In this document: piece after piece, positions 6,805 through 15,393 of the stretch
How the letters are laid out: every line of letters starts with the position of its first letter
Position numbering within the stretch: position 1 is the stretch's first letter
Notes under the pieces: model-generated
The model's database searches: none
Seen by the model: only the letters and a program-made list of their open reading frames with translations
Told to the model about the DNA's origin: nothing
Position numbers and translations under genes: made by a program
From: Nanobdellota archaeon
GTDB taxonomy: Archaea > Nanobdellota > Nanobdellia > Pacearchaeales > GW2011-AR1
Direction of reading: 5' to 3'
Length of the DNA: 27,196 nt
Assembly: GCA_018816625.1 (NCBI GenBank)
Contig: JAHIVR010000108.1
Span: 1-27,196 of the forward strand

Positions 6805-7943
6805 TTATTCTCTTGATAAAAGACTTTCTAATCTAGAAATATAACTATCCCAGGTGTTCTCCCTTCTAACTTTCTCTCTAGCCCTATCAACCATCTCTCT
6901 TACAGAAGCAGGATTATCCTTAAAAAAGTTAAAAGCACTAACAATATCCTCAGATTTTTCCGAAGGACCAATAGTATAATCACTCCTACTAGTTATTGTG
7001 GGCAATCCAACATCCATTGCATCAATAACCGTCTTTGCAAAAAGGCCATCAGTAACCATTGGTTGAATCAAAACATCTGAAGCAAAATAATTCTTAAAGA
7101 AATCAATTCTCCCTTGAGGAGTTTTCTTATCAATCCAGGAAACCAAAACCACTCTTTCCAACAGACAGGATTCAACCCAGCACCAACAAGACTATCTTTT
7201 CCTTTTTCTCCAGATCCAAGAAGGATTAATTTAGTTGAGGGATGAGACTCCATAATATTACCAAAAGCATCAAAAAGCTCTCTTCCTCTTTTTCCAAGAC
7301 CTAATCTTCCATAATAAAGAAGGACATTTTCAGAGTCAAGCCCTGCTCTATACCTCTCCCCTTCAACCCTAGCACCATCTAAAATTTCTGAATCGAGCAC
7401 AGAAACATCCGAAACATTCTCAAAAACACCAACTCTTTTGTCAAACCCCAGTCTTTCTAAAGCAAGTTTATGTAATTCGCTTATTGCTAAAAGAACATTA
7501 GAACGCCCTATTGCTTTTAATTGAGACCTCTCCCTCTCGCTCATAACAAAATCAATAATCTGCCTCATCTCTCCTTCAGGCAGAGTCCCATCCAAGAAAG
7601 ATGGTTTAAGATGAGCTGACAAATAGAAATAAGGAATAACGGCATGAAGATTCATAACAATTTGCGATTCAGAATCAGCACTAATTCCTCCAAGAAGCCC
7701 ATCGTGTTCCCACGTGTGACTTTGCAAGTAATATGTTCCTTTTGTGCCTATAGCATCTGGAGAAACAATAGTTGGCTTTTCTGTATCAAGATCAAGCCTT
7801 TTTACCGGGCCTCCAAACCAATTAGCATAATACTCAATAGGATACCCCCTATCGGCCATTTGTCTAGCAAAAGCGAAAGCATGCTCAAAAGTACCACTAT
7901 TTTGTCTTTCAATTCCCAAAACAACGTGTCTTCCTTGTTTCAT
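6805..7943 (-). pseudogene. GT-B (GT4-like) glycosyltransferase split by an apparent 1-nt frameshift near 7165-7170 (or a sequencing error)
   Basis: Upstream frame: MKQGRHVVLG...LLYYGRLGLGKRG...LILLGSG. The downstream frame carries the C-terminal half (SDVLIQP..DGLFAKTVIDAMDVGLPTI...ENTWD). The frames join as GLNP-x-LLERV if one base is added. Confidence 0.75.
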
Positions 7944-8073
7944 CTTAACTTTCCTAATTATCACCAAAACATAATTTTCGGTTAAATTCAATCGAAAAAA
8001 TTTTTAACCGTTTATATATCTTTCCCAAGATTTTTCATAAAACCCTTATAAACCCCCACCACATTTATAAGAT

Positions 8074-8892
8074 ATGAGAAAAAGATACTCCTTTTCTTCA
8101 AGACACACAGGGCAGGCAAAAGATCCAAAAAACATTAGAAAGGAAAAGGCCAAATTTCCAGCAATACTACAAAAACTCCTTTACGAGGCAGACATAATAA
8201 TCCAGGTCTTGGATGCAAGATTTATTGAAGAAACAAGAAACAAAGATCTTGAAAAATACGTTGAAAAATCATCTAAAGGAATGATTTACGTAATAAACAA
8301 GTCCGATTTGGCAGAAAAAATAAAAGAAGTGCCAAAACCACACGCAATGGTCTCTTGTAAAAACAGGAAGGGTATACGAGTCTTAAGAGACAAAATAAAA
8401 ATACTCGCATCTAGAATTAAAAAAGACAAAATCACTGTGGGAATTGTTGGCTACCCCAATACCGGCAAATCCTCACTAATAAATCTCCTGATAGGAAAAA
8501 AATCAGCCCCCTCCGCTCCCCAACCAGGGTACACAAAAGGAGTACAGAAACTAAAGCTATCTGGAAACATCCTACTTATAGACAGCCCGGGAGTAATTCC
8601 AAAAGAAGAATACTCTTCAATTGAAGAGAACCTCATTACAAAACACACCAAGGTTGGATCACGTTCATATTCAAGCGTAAAAAATCCAGAGCAAATAATT
8701 GCTAGTTTAATGAGAGAATTTCCAAATCTGCTAGAAGAACACTATTCAATAGAAGCTCAAGGAAACTCAGAAATCCTTTTGGAAGAGCTGGGAAAAAGAA
8801 AAAATCTTCTCAAAAAAAGAGGGGAAGTAAACTTCGATAGTGCTTCAAGATTAATACTAAAAGACTGGCAGACCGGTAAAATCAAGGTTTAG
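8074..8892 (+). CDS. Circularly permuted ribosome-biogenesis GTPase (RbgA/YlqF family)
   Basis: Motif order G4 (NKSD), then G1 (GYPNTGKS), then G3 (DSPG); also QVLDAR. Confidence 0.9.
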   Translation: MRKRYSFSSRHTGQAKDPKNIRKEKAKFPAILQKLLYEADIIIQVLDARFIEETRNKDLEKYVEKSSKGMIYVINKSDLAEKIKEVPKPHAMVSCKNRKGIRVLRDKIKILASRIKKDKITVGIVGYPNTGKSSLINLLIGKKSAPSAPQPGYTKGVQKLKLSGNILLIDSPGVIPKEEYSSIEENLITKHTKVGSRSYSSVKNPEQIIASLMREFPNLLEEHYSIEAQGNSEILLEELGKRKNLLKKRGEVNFDSASRLILKDWQTGKIKV

Positions 8893-9082
8893 GATCAATC
8901 TCAAGATAAAATATTCTTACGGGAGAATACATCTTACACTTCCCATTGTTATTGGGGTCATGAGAACAAACAGAACAATCACCAACCCCCTCGCCTCTCA
9001 TAAAAGGAGGCATATAAACCTCCTCTTTTGGTCTAAAAACCTGATGAACGCATTTTACAGAACTCTCAAGTTCCATCCACAA
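8882..9082 (-). CDS. Small Cys-containing hypothetical protein
   Basis: Fills the gap downstream of elp3 on the same strand and has CSVC plus further Cys; no family recognised. Confidence 0.45.
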   Translation of the reverse strand: MWMELESSVKCVHQVFRPKEEVYMPPFMRGEGVGDCSVCSHDPNNNGKCKMYSPVRIFYLEIDPKP

Positions 9083-9100
9083 ACAAATAATCTTTATTAT

Positions 9101-10600
9101 TTAAAACTTCTTAACCATGTAAGAACCTTCTAATCTGTAACCCATCTTATGATAATACTCCCTAACTCCAACACCAGAAATAACCTTTAACTCTTCAATT
9201 TTATTCTTCAAAACAATCCTCTCAGCCTCTCCCATGAGCCACTTACCTAATCCGGTATGCTGTCCCAACTTCCCTTCTGCACCAAGGGCAAGAGCCTGTC
9301 CGTAAACATGAAGCTCCCTAACAATTGCATGTTTGACTCGCTTCGCTCGAGAATTTTTAGAAGCATTAACTGATAGTTCATTTTGAGTTTTACCATTAAC
9401 CTTGTAAGAGGCAGTGGTCGGAGATGTGGAGGATTTAGATAAATCTTCATCAAATATTCTCAGCCTAAGTAATCCAAAAAGGATATTATCTTTATTCACA
9501 ATCTCTAAAAAATACTCCTCTCCTCCGGAAGCCTTGTATCTAACAACCTTCAATTTAATATTTTTATCAACATCAATATTAAAACCTATTTCTCCACCTT
9601 GGCCACGCTTGGACGAGGTTCGCGACAAAGCAAACCCTATCTCTCTCATTCTTATCTCACTAATTTTTCTTCCAGAATCCCTTATTTTTTGTTCCACATC
9701 CTTTCTTAAATCAATTCTAACAGGATCAAACGCCATTTTTTCCTTAGGAATCTCTCTCATGACCCTCATTACCCTGCAATACTCTGGAATAATATCCATT
9801 ATTTTATTTATAATCTCTCTTGTCTGTGCTTCGTTATACGGCTCATAATTAATTTTCTTATACATACTAGCCAAAGGAGAATCATCCACTATCTGGCACG
9901 GGTAAATCTTTAATTGATCCGGTCTAAACCTATCATCAGAATATATCTTCTTAAACAACCTGATATCTTTCCCTGGATTACTATAAGGTAACCCGGGCAT
10001 AACATGATAACCCACCTTAAATCCAGCGTCCTTCAGCCTCTTAGTTGCATCAACAACATCTTTAACCGTGTGCCCGCGTTTTATCTTCTTATAAATTTCA
10101 TCGTCTAAAATCTGAATTCCAATTTCAACCCTTGTGCACCCAAATTCTAACATTCTCTTTACCTCTTCATCACTACAATTATCTGGTCGGTTCTCTATGC
10201 ACATAGCAACACACCTGTGTCTTGATTTTTCATTCAGTTTCTTAGCCTCTTCCAGATTCTTACTCTTTTTATCGTTAAGCGCATCAAAACAAGCCTTAAT
10301 GTACCCGTACTGATAATCTAAATCATATTGTAAAAAAGTTCCTCCAAGAATTATTAACTCGATCTTATCTGTTGGATGCCCCATCTTCTCAAGAGTATCT
10401 AATCTAGATTTAACTTGTTCAAACGGGTCGTATTTCAAAGCCATGGCCCTCATTATTGCCGGACTCTTATCGGTATAGCTCTGTGGAACAAACTCCCCCC
10501 CAGGACAGTATATGCAGGTACCGTGATTACACTTTCTGGGTTTTAACACAACAGTTAAAGGAGTAACTCCAGATATTGTTCTTACAGGTTTCTTTGCCAT
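9101..10600 (-). CDS. elp3: Elp3 tRNA wobble-uridine carboxymethylation enzyme (radical SAM + KAT), with two peptide insertions
   Basis: CNHGTCIYCPGG, GCTRVEIGIQ, PDQLKIYP, RELHVYG, QHTGLGKWLM, VISGVGVREYY. Confidence 0.95.
   Translation of the reverse strand: MAKKPVRTISGVTPLTVVLKPRKCNHGTCIYCPGGEFVPQSYTDKSPAIMRAMALKYDPFEQVKSRLDTLEKMGHPTDKIELIILGGTFLQYDLDYQYGYIKACFDALNDKKSKNLEEAKKLNEKSRHRCVAMCIENRPDNCSDEEVKRMLEFGCTRVEIGIQILDDEIYKKIKRGHTVKDVVDATKRLKDAGFKVGYHVMPGLPYSNPGKDIRLFKKIYSDDRFRPDQLKIYPCQIVDDSPLASMYKKINYEPYNEAQTREIINKIMDIIPEYCRVMRVMREIPKEKMAFDPVRIDLRKDVEQKIRDSGRKISEIRMREIGFALSRTSSKRGQGGEIGFNIDVDKNIKLKVVRYKASGGEEYFLEIVNKDNILFGLLRLRIFDEDLSKSSTSPTTASYKVNGKTQNELSVNASKNSRAKRVKHAIVRELHVYGQALALGAEGKLGQHTGLGKWLMGEAERIVLKNKIEELKVISGVGVREYYHKMGYRLEGSYMVKKF
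9581..9645. repeat. Mini-element copy C (9595-9631, 37 bp) inserted in frame in elp3 between 14-bp direct repeats
   Basis: AAAACCTATTTCTC (9581-9594) versus AAACCCTATCTCTC (9632-9645), 12/14; the protein shows EIGF-ALSRTSSKRGQGG-EIGF. Confidence 0.8.
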
Positions 10601-10650
10601 ATCTCTTCATAAAAAACTAGGTTTTTAAATGTAAACCCTTTCTCTTCTCC

Positions 10651-11250
10651 ATGCAAAATCAAAGAAAACTATGGGACAAAATAGCTCCAGACTGGTCTGA
10701 ATTTAAAACAAACCCGGGTAAAGAAATAATAAATTTTCTTAAAGAACAAAAAGGGAAAATTCTTGATCTTGGTTCTGGTGCCGGAAGATATCTAACAGAG
10801 ATAAAAGAAGGAAAAATGTATCTCGTTGATTTCTCAAAAGAGATGATAAAACACGCTAAAAAAAGAGCAAAAGAAAAAAAAATTCCAGCAGAATTCTTTG
10901 TTGCTTCCTCCGATAGTCTCCCATTTGAAGATGACTTTTTCGATACAGCAATCTCAATAGCCCACCTCCACTGTGTTGAAACAGAAGAAGCAAGGCTAAA
11001 CTCTGTAAAAGAACTCTACAGAGTGCTAAAACCAAACGCAAAAGCAAAAATTGCCGTATGGAATAAAGACTCAAAACGTTTCAAAAACTCTCCAAAAGAT
11101 TGTTTTGTCGGATGGAGAAAAAAAGGCAAAAGATATTATTACCTTTACAATGCAGAAGAAGTTTATAATTTATTCAAAAACGCTGGTTTCAAAATAAAAA
11201 AGAAATTTACCCCAGACAGAATGATAACTTTTGTTGTTCAGAAACCTTAA
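10651..11250 (+). CDS. Class I SAM-dependent methyltransferase, Trm9/ALKBH8-like
   Basis: ILDLGSGAGRY, ISIAHLHC..EEARL..KELYRVLKP, IAVWN, FVGW...RYYYLY; divergent from elp3. Confidence 0.75.
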   Translation: MQNQRKLWDKIAPDWSEFKTNPGKEIINFLKEQKGKILDLGSGAGRYLTEIKEGKMYLVDFSKEMIKHAKKRAKEKKIPAEFFVASSDSLPFEDDFFDTAISIAHLHCVETEEARLNSVKELYRVLKPNAKAKIAVWNKDSKRFKNSPKDCFVGWRKKGKRYYYLYNAEEVYNLFKNAGFKIKKKFTPDRMITFVVQKP

Positions 11251-11594
11251 TCTCTTTTTCCTTCATCTCTTGGCAACTGATTATAAGAGTGTAAATTCCC
11301 ATAAACCCTAGCATGGCCCCTAAAACCGGTGATGTCAAAATTACATCCTAATAAATACCAATCACTTTCAGCCAAAACCCCATCTAAAGCCACTAAAAAC
11401 TCCCCTATATCTTTTGGATTATATTTCTCAGTATCATAAAAAATGCCTACTCCATCCCTCAGCCCAATAGCTTTAATCTCGTTTCCATCTGACTGTCCCC
11501 TAAAAGTAACTCTCCTTATAAAAGCCCAACCATCTTCTCCACCATAAATAGAGTTACAAAAGATATAAAAAACTATCCAATAAACAAAAACCAA
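11247..11594 (-). CDS. Hypothetical protein (start uncertain)
   Basis: ORF co-oriented with and 7 bp downstream of 11602-12147. Confidence 0.45.
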   Translation of the reverse strand: MVFVYWIVFYIFCNSIYGGEDGWAFIRRVTFRGQSDGNEIKAIGLRDGVGIFYDTEKYNPKDIGEFLVALDGVLAESDWYLLGCNFDITGFRGHARVYGNLHSYNQLPRDEGKRD

Positions 11595-11601
11595 AACATA
11601 A

Positions 11602-12147
11602 TCATTTTTTTTTAATTTTAACTATGTCGAAGAAACTTTTCTTCTCAAAATCCTCTATCTTCATATCTTCAACATCAACACTAACCTTTAACAACCCCAA
11701 AGAAGAAATGAAGATAGTCCCTATAAGATAATGCTTTCCATCCTTCTTTTGTAAGGAAAAAAGTAATTTTTGTATCTTATTCTTAACCCCTTCTTTCTCC
11801 ATTCTACTCAAAATAAGATCTTCAACCTCATTAAAATCAAAATCCATATCCAAATCTATTTCTTTTGGAGGACTCTCTCCAAAAATATCAATAGAAGAAA
11901 GCTCACATCCCTTCTCTAATTTTAAGGAAAACATTTTTTTCTCTTCTGGAACAAAAAAATCAAAATGCTGTTGATTATCTGATTTTTCTTTACTTTGGCC
12001 AAGCTTGGACGAAGTAACAAGGGGCTCTGCTCCTTGCTTATCCATAACCAAAAACCCAGAGACTGGAATAGCCCCTTTATTATTTTTCATAAACTCTTCA
12101 TACTCGCTAGATCCCTTCAACTTCTCAACATAAAACTGGAAATTCAT
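11602..12147 (-). CDS. Hypothetical protein carrying an in-frame mini-element
   Basis: 181-aa ORF with composition typical of this window; the segment AEPLVTSSKLGQSKEK overlaps the palindrome. Confidence 0.8.
   Translation of the reverse strand: MNFQFYVEKLKGSSEYEEFMKNNKGAIPVSGFLVMDKQGAEPLVTSSKLGQSKEKSDNQQHFDFFVPEEKKMFSLKLEKGCELSSIDIFGESPPKEIDLDMDFDFNEVEDLILSRMEKEGVKNKIQKLLFSLQKKDGKHYLIGTIFISSLGLLKVSVDVEDMKIEDFEKKSFFDIVKIKKK
11990..12017. repeat. Palindromic mini-element copy E (TTACTTTGGCCAAGCTTGGACGAAGTAA), intragenic
   Basis: 30/31 identity with 2448-2478 over 11987-12017. Confidence 0.85.
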
Positions 12148-12228
12148 AACCCTCCATATTTAATTGACCTTATAAACCTTATTCTTAATAAGCAAAATAC
12201 TTAAATAATCATACAAAAAATTAATTAC

Positions 12229-12420
12229 ATGGGACTACTACAACAAAGCAACCTATTAGATAGATATTACCAAACACACCGTCAAACCCCCACGAAAGTT
12301 TTACAAGAAAGACAAAGAACCATTATCCCAAAAAGTGGAATTGACACGATTAGATACCTTCTATCAGATAGGTGGGCCGAAGACGCCGCAATATCAGATA
12401 TTTTAAGAGAAAGAAATTAA
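12229..12420 (+). CDS. Short hypothetical protein
   Basis: ORF in an otherwise empty gap, with an AT-rich upstream region; no motif. Confidence 0.35.
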   Translation: MGLLQQSNLLDRYYQTHRQTPTKVLQERQRTIIPKSGIDTIRYLLSDRWAEDAAISDILRERN

Positions 12421-12644
12421 CTTTTTCTAGTTAATTTAGCAACTTCTTTAAAAACCAAAAGAGTTAAAGCCTCAAGCCCATCAGAGTGTTTATGGAAAAT
12501 CTGAAACCTAAGTAGCTCTGGGTTTTCATTTGGCCTATAATAAACAACCTTATAGAAATTACCATCGGGAGAAATACCCCCTTGTCTAACAACATAAACA
12601 TGTCTTGCTAAAGCCCCATTAACACGAGTCTCAAATTCTAACAT
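12417..12644 (-). CDS. Small hypothetical protein
   Basis: Tightly packed behind thrS and 12651-12878. Confidence 0.6.
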   Translation of the reverse strand: MLEFETRVNGALARHVYVVRQGGISPDGNFYKVVYYRPNENPELLRFQIFHKHSDGLEALTLLVFKEVAKLTRKS

Positions 12645-12650
12645 TTTATT

Positions 12651-12878
12651 TTATTCCTTACCTAGATTCATCATTAACTCATACTGAAGCATTGTAATAC
12701 AACCTTTACAATAAGGAAAACTCCTAATATCAGGATCAATACAAGGCCAAAATCCCTCTGCCTTAACTTTTTTATCTTTAGAATAACATCTCACACAATA
12801 ATAATCTCCAGCATGACAAAGCCCTTTTTCATCTGCAATTCTATCTTTTCCCCACACTCCAAGTTTAACTTCCAACAT
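12651..12878 (-). CDS. Small putative Zn-finger protein
   Basis: CVRC and CKGC pairs; 1 bp downstream of thrS. Confidence 0.6.
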   Translation of the reverse strand: MLEVKLGVWGKDRIADEKGLCHAGDYYCVRCYSKDKKVKAEGFWPCIDPDIRSFPYCKGCITMLQYELMMNLGKE

Positions 12879-12879
12879 T

Positions 12880-14580
12880 TTAATCTCTCTCCTCTATCTC
12901 TTTCCTCAAATCCTTAATAAAACCATCTAACTTTACACCAAGCTTAACCTTGCCATGATTTCTAATTGCCAAATTCTTACCCTTTTCTTCTTTATCTCCA
13001 ACAACAATAATGTAAGGAATTTTCATTAATTCGGCATCCTTAACCTTTCCCTGAACGGTAGCATCCTTAAAATCAGTATCAACCCTCAGATTAGGAATCT
13101 CTTCTTCAAGTTCCTTCACTATCTTTTCAGCATATTTAACACTCCTATCCGTAAAACTAAGAACTCTTACCTGGATGGGAGCTAACCATGTCGGAAGTCT
13201 TCCATTAAAATGCTCTATCATTATCCCAATAAATCTCTCCAAAGCACCATATATAACTCGGTGAATCATTACCGGTCTTTTTCTTTTATTATCTTTATCT
13301 ACATATTCTAATTCAAATCTCTCAGGCATCTGGAAATCCAACTGAATGGTAGCACACTGCCAAGACCTTCCAAGAGAATCTTTAATATGAAAATCAATTT
13401 TAGGCCCGTAAAAAGCTCCATCTCCAGAATTAAGTTTAAATTTTACTTTTTTTCTTTTCAAAACTCTTTCAAGAAGCTTCTCGGCCTTATCCCAATCTTT
13501 ATCACTCCCTATTCTCTTCTCGGGCCTAGTAGAAAGCTCCAGAACATAAGGGAGATTAAACTTCTTATAGAAAAAATCAATTAAATCCATAATTTTTGAT
13601 ATTTCATCTTCGGTCTGCTCCTCCGTACAAAAAATATGTGCATCATCTTGAGTAAATTGAACAAGCCTAAACAGTCCCCCAATGACTCCAGAAAGTTCTT
13701 GCCTATGGACCACTCCCAACTCTCCTACTCTTAAAGGAAGATCTTTGTACGACTTGGTCCCGTTTCTATAAACAAGCATTCCCCCAGGGCAATTCATGGG
13801 CTTTATAATTGCAGGCTTATTCTCATAATAAGTCAAAAAGTTATTTTCTTTATACTTATCCCAGTGGCCAGAAATCTGCCAGAGTTTTTTATCCATTATT
13901 TGGGGGGTTGATATCTCTTGATAACCATTTTTTTTATGGGTTTCTTTCCAAAAATTAATTAATTCGTCTTTAATTGCAAGTCCATTGTTATGCCAAAAAA
14001 TCATACCAGGAGCAACCTCATTAAAGGAATACAAATCCATTTGTTGCCCCAAAATCCTGTGATCATTCTCTTTTAACTTTGAAGTGTCAAGCCTAGACCT
14101 AGAAATCTCATTAAGGAGTTTTTTAAAGTCAATCTCCTCTTCAATTACTTCTTCCCCTTCTAAATCTGGTTTTATCTCCCTACTCAACTCACTCAAGGGA
14201 TGTCCCTTGACCTTTAACTCAAACTCCTTATAATACCCAAAAGGAGCTCTTGAAACACTATAATCTTTTTTCAAAACCTTCTCGGCATCTTTCAAAACCT
14301 CTACAGCAACATCTGGAGCAGCCAAATTTTGAGAAAGATGGGCATAGGGATAAAGAACAATATTTTTTGCTTTAACCTGCTCTGCAACCTCTTTTATATG
14401 CTGAACAAAAGCCTTAACACTCTTCTTAGAGTCTCCTTTTTCAACAGCAGTCATAACAACCAAAGCCTCTTTTATTTCCTTCCCCTCCATCTCTTTTCCA
14501 GTAAGATCCTCAATCTTTTTTAGAGCTTTTTTCAAGGGTTTATATCTTATATAACTAGAATGTAACAATAAAATTTTCAT
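12880..14580 (-). CDS. thrS: Threonyl-tRNA synthetase (archaeal-type editing domain + bacterial-like catalytic core)
   Basis: N-terminus YPYAHLS, RAPFGYYKEF, KGHPLSELSR; core DHRILG, SGHWDKY, KPMNCP, FTQDDAHIFC, GAFYGPKID, WQCATIQLDF, ERFIGIMIEH. Confidence 0.96.
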   Translation of the reverse strand: MKILLLHSSYIRYKPLKKALKKIEDLTGKEMEGKEIKEALVVMTAVEKGDSKKSVKAFVQHIKEVAEQVKAKNIVLYPYAHLSQNLAAPDVAVEVLKDAEKVLKKDYSVSRAPFGYYKEFELKVKGHPLSELSREIKPDLEGEEVIEEEIDFKKLLNEISRSRLDTSKLKENDHRILGQQMDLYSFNEVAPGMIFWHNNGLAIKDELINFWKETHKKNGYQEISTPQIMDKKLWQISGHWDKYKENNFLTYYENKPAIIKPMNCPGGMLVYRNGTKSYKDLPLRVGELGVVHRQELSGVIGGLFRLVQFTQDDAHIFCTEEQTEDEISKIMDLIDFFYKKFNLPYVLELSTRPEKRIGSDKDWDKAEKLLERVLKRKKVKFKLNSGDGAFYGPKIDFHIKDSLGRSWQCATIQLDFQMPERFELEYVDKDNKRKRPVMIHRVIYGALERFIGIMIEHFNGRLPTWLAPIQVRVLSFTDRSVKYAEKIVKELEEEIPNLRVDTDFKDATVQGKVKDAELMKIPYIIVVGDKEEKGKNLAIRNHGKVKLGVKLDGFIKDLRKEIEERD

Positions 14581-14673
14581 GGAATTTCTAAAGCTAACTT
14601 ACTTATAAAACTTTCTTACAATCTCGTTTGAAGTCATGAAAAGTTTTAAAAACACTCTAACAAATCCAATACA

Positions 14674-15393
14674 ATGAAATTAAGAAATATTCTATTAATC
14701 GGTGGAGCCGGGCTAGCACTAGCAACAGCCATACCTAAAGAAACAGAACAATCGGATAGCCCCCAACTTAGAAATCTGGAACCAGCACACACATCAGAAG
14801 AAAGGTTAAGTTTCCAACAAAGAGCAAAAATCACCCCAAAAAATGTTAATCATCTGGATACATTAATTTTAGCACAAGCAATCTATGGGGAAGCGAGAGG
14901 AGAATTAGATAATGACACATATATTGGGGGAGTTGTAAGCACAATAGTAAACAGAGCCAAGACCGGGTTGGGAATAAGAAGAACCCTTTTAGAGAAAACA
15001 ATCCATCCAGATAAAGTAGTTTACCACTATTCTTGTTTTGACCCGTCTGATCCAAACTACAGGGTCATTTCAAGTTTACATCCTCCAAGAAATCCCAATC
15101 AAGAAAATATCTGGAATAGATGTTATTTAACAGCAAAACAGGTTTTAGAGGGCAGACTAGAGGTAGATACTAGTTTAGCAAACGCAACTCATTTTTTTGT
15201 TGGCCACGATCCAAGGAAAAACACAACAAAAAATCAGGCATCTCGAAGGGGCATCCCAGGATGGGCCTATGAAATGACCAAAGACGGAAAGTTTATTCTT
15301 GATGAAAACAAAGAAAGAGTCCCAAAAACACCACTATTGGTTGTTGATTTAAAAGAGAATAGAAAGGCTTTCTTTTATAGTTTAAATAATTAG
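14674..15393 (+). CDS. Secreted SleB-like (Hydrolase_2) cell-wall hydrolase / lytic transglycosylase
   Basis: Signal-like N-terminus; LAQAIYGEARGE (putative catalytic Glu 14890-14892), TIVNR, YHYSCF, ATHFF. Confidence 0.72.
   Translation: MKLRNILLIGGAGLALATAIPKETEQSDSPQLRNLEPAHTSEERLSFQQRAKITPKNVNHLDTLILAQAIYGEARGELDNDTYIGGVVSTIVNRAKTGLGIRRTLLEKTIHPDKVVYHYSCFDPSDPNYRVISSLHPPRNPNQENIWNRCYLTAKQVLEGRLEVDTSLANATHFFVGHDPRKNTTKNQASRRGIPGWAYEMTKDGKFILDENKERVPKTPLLVVDLKENRKAFFYSLNN

Noticed and set aside
12362-12400. 9-bp direct repeat TATCAGATA around a 21-bp GC-rich stretch
   Set aside because: Single instance with no similarity to the mini-element core; insufficient evidence for an insertion.
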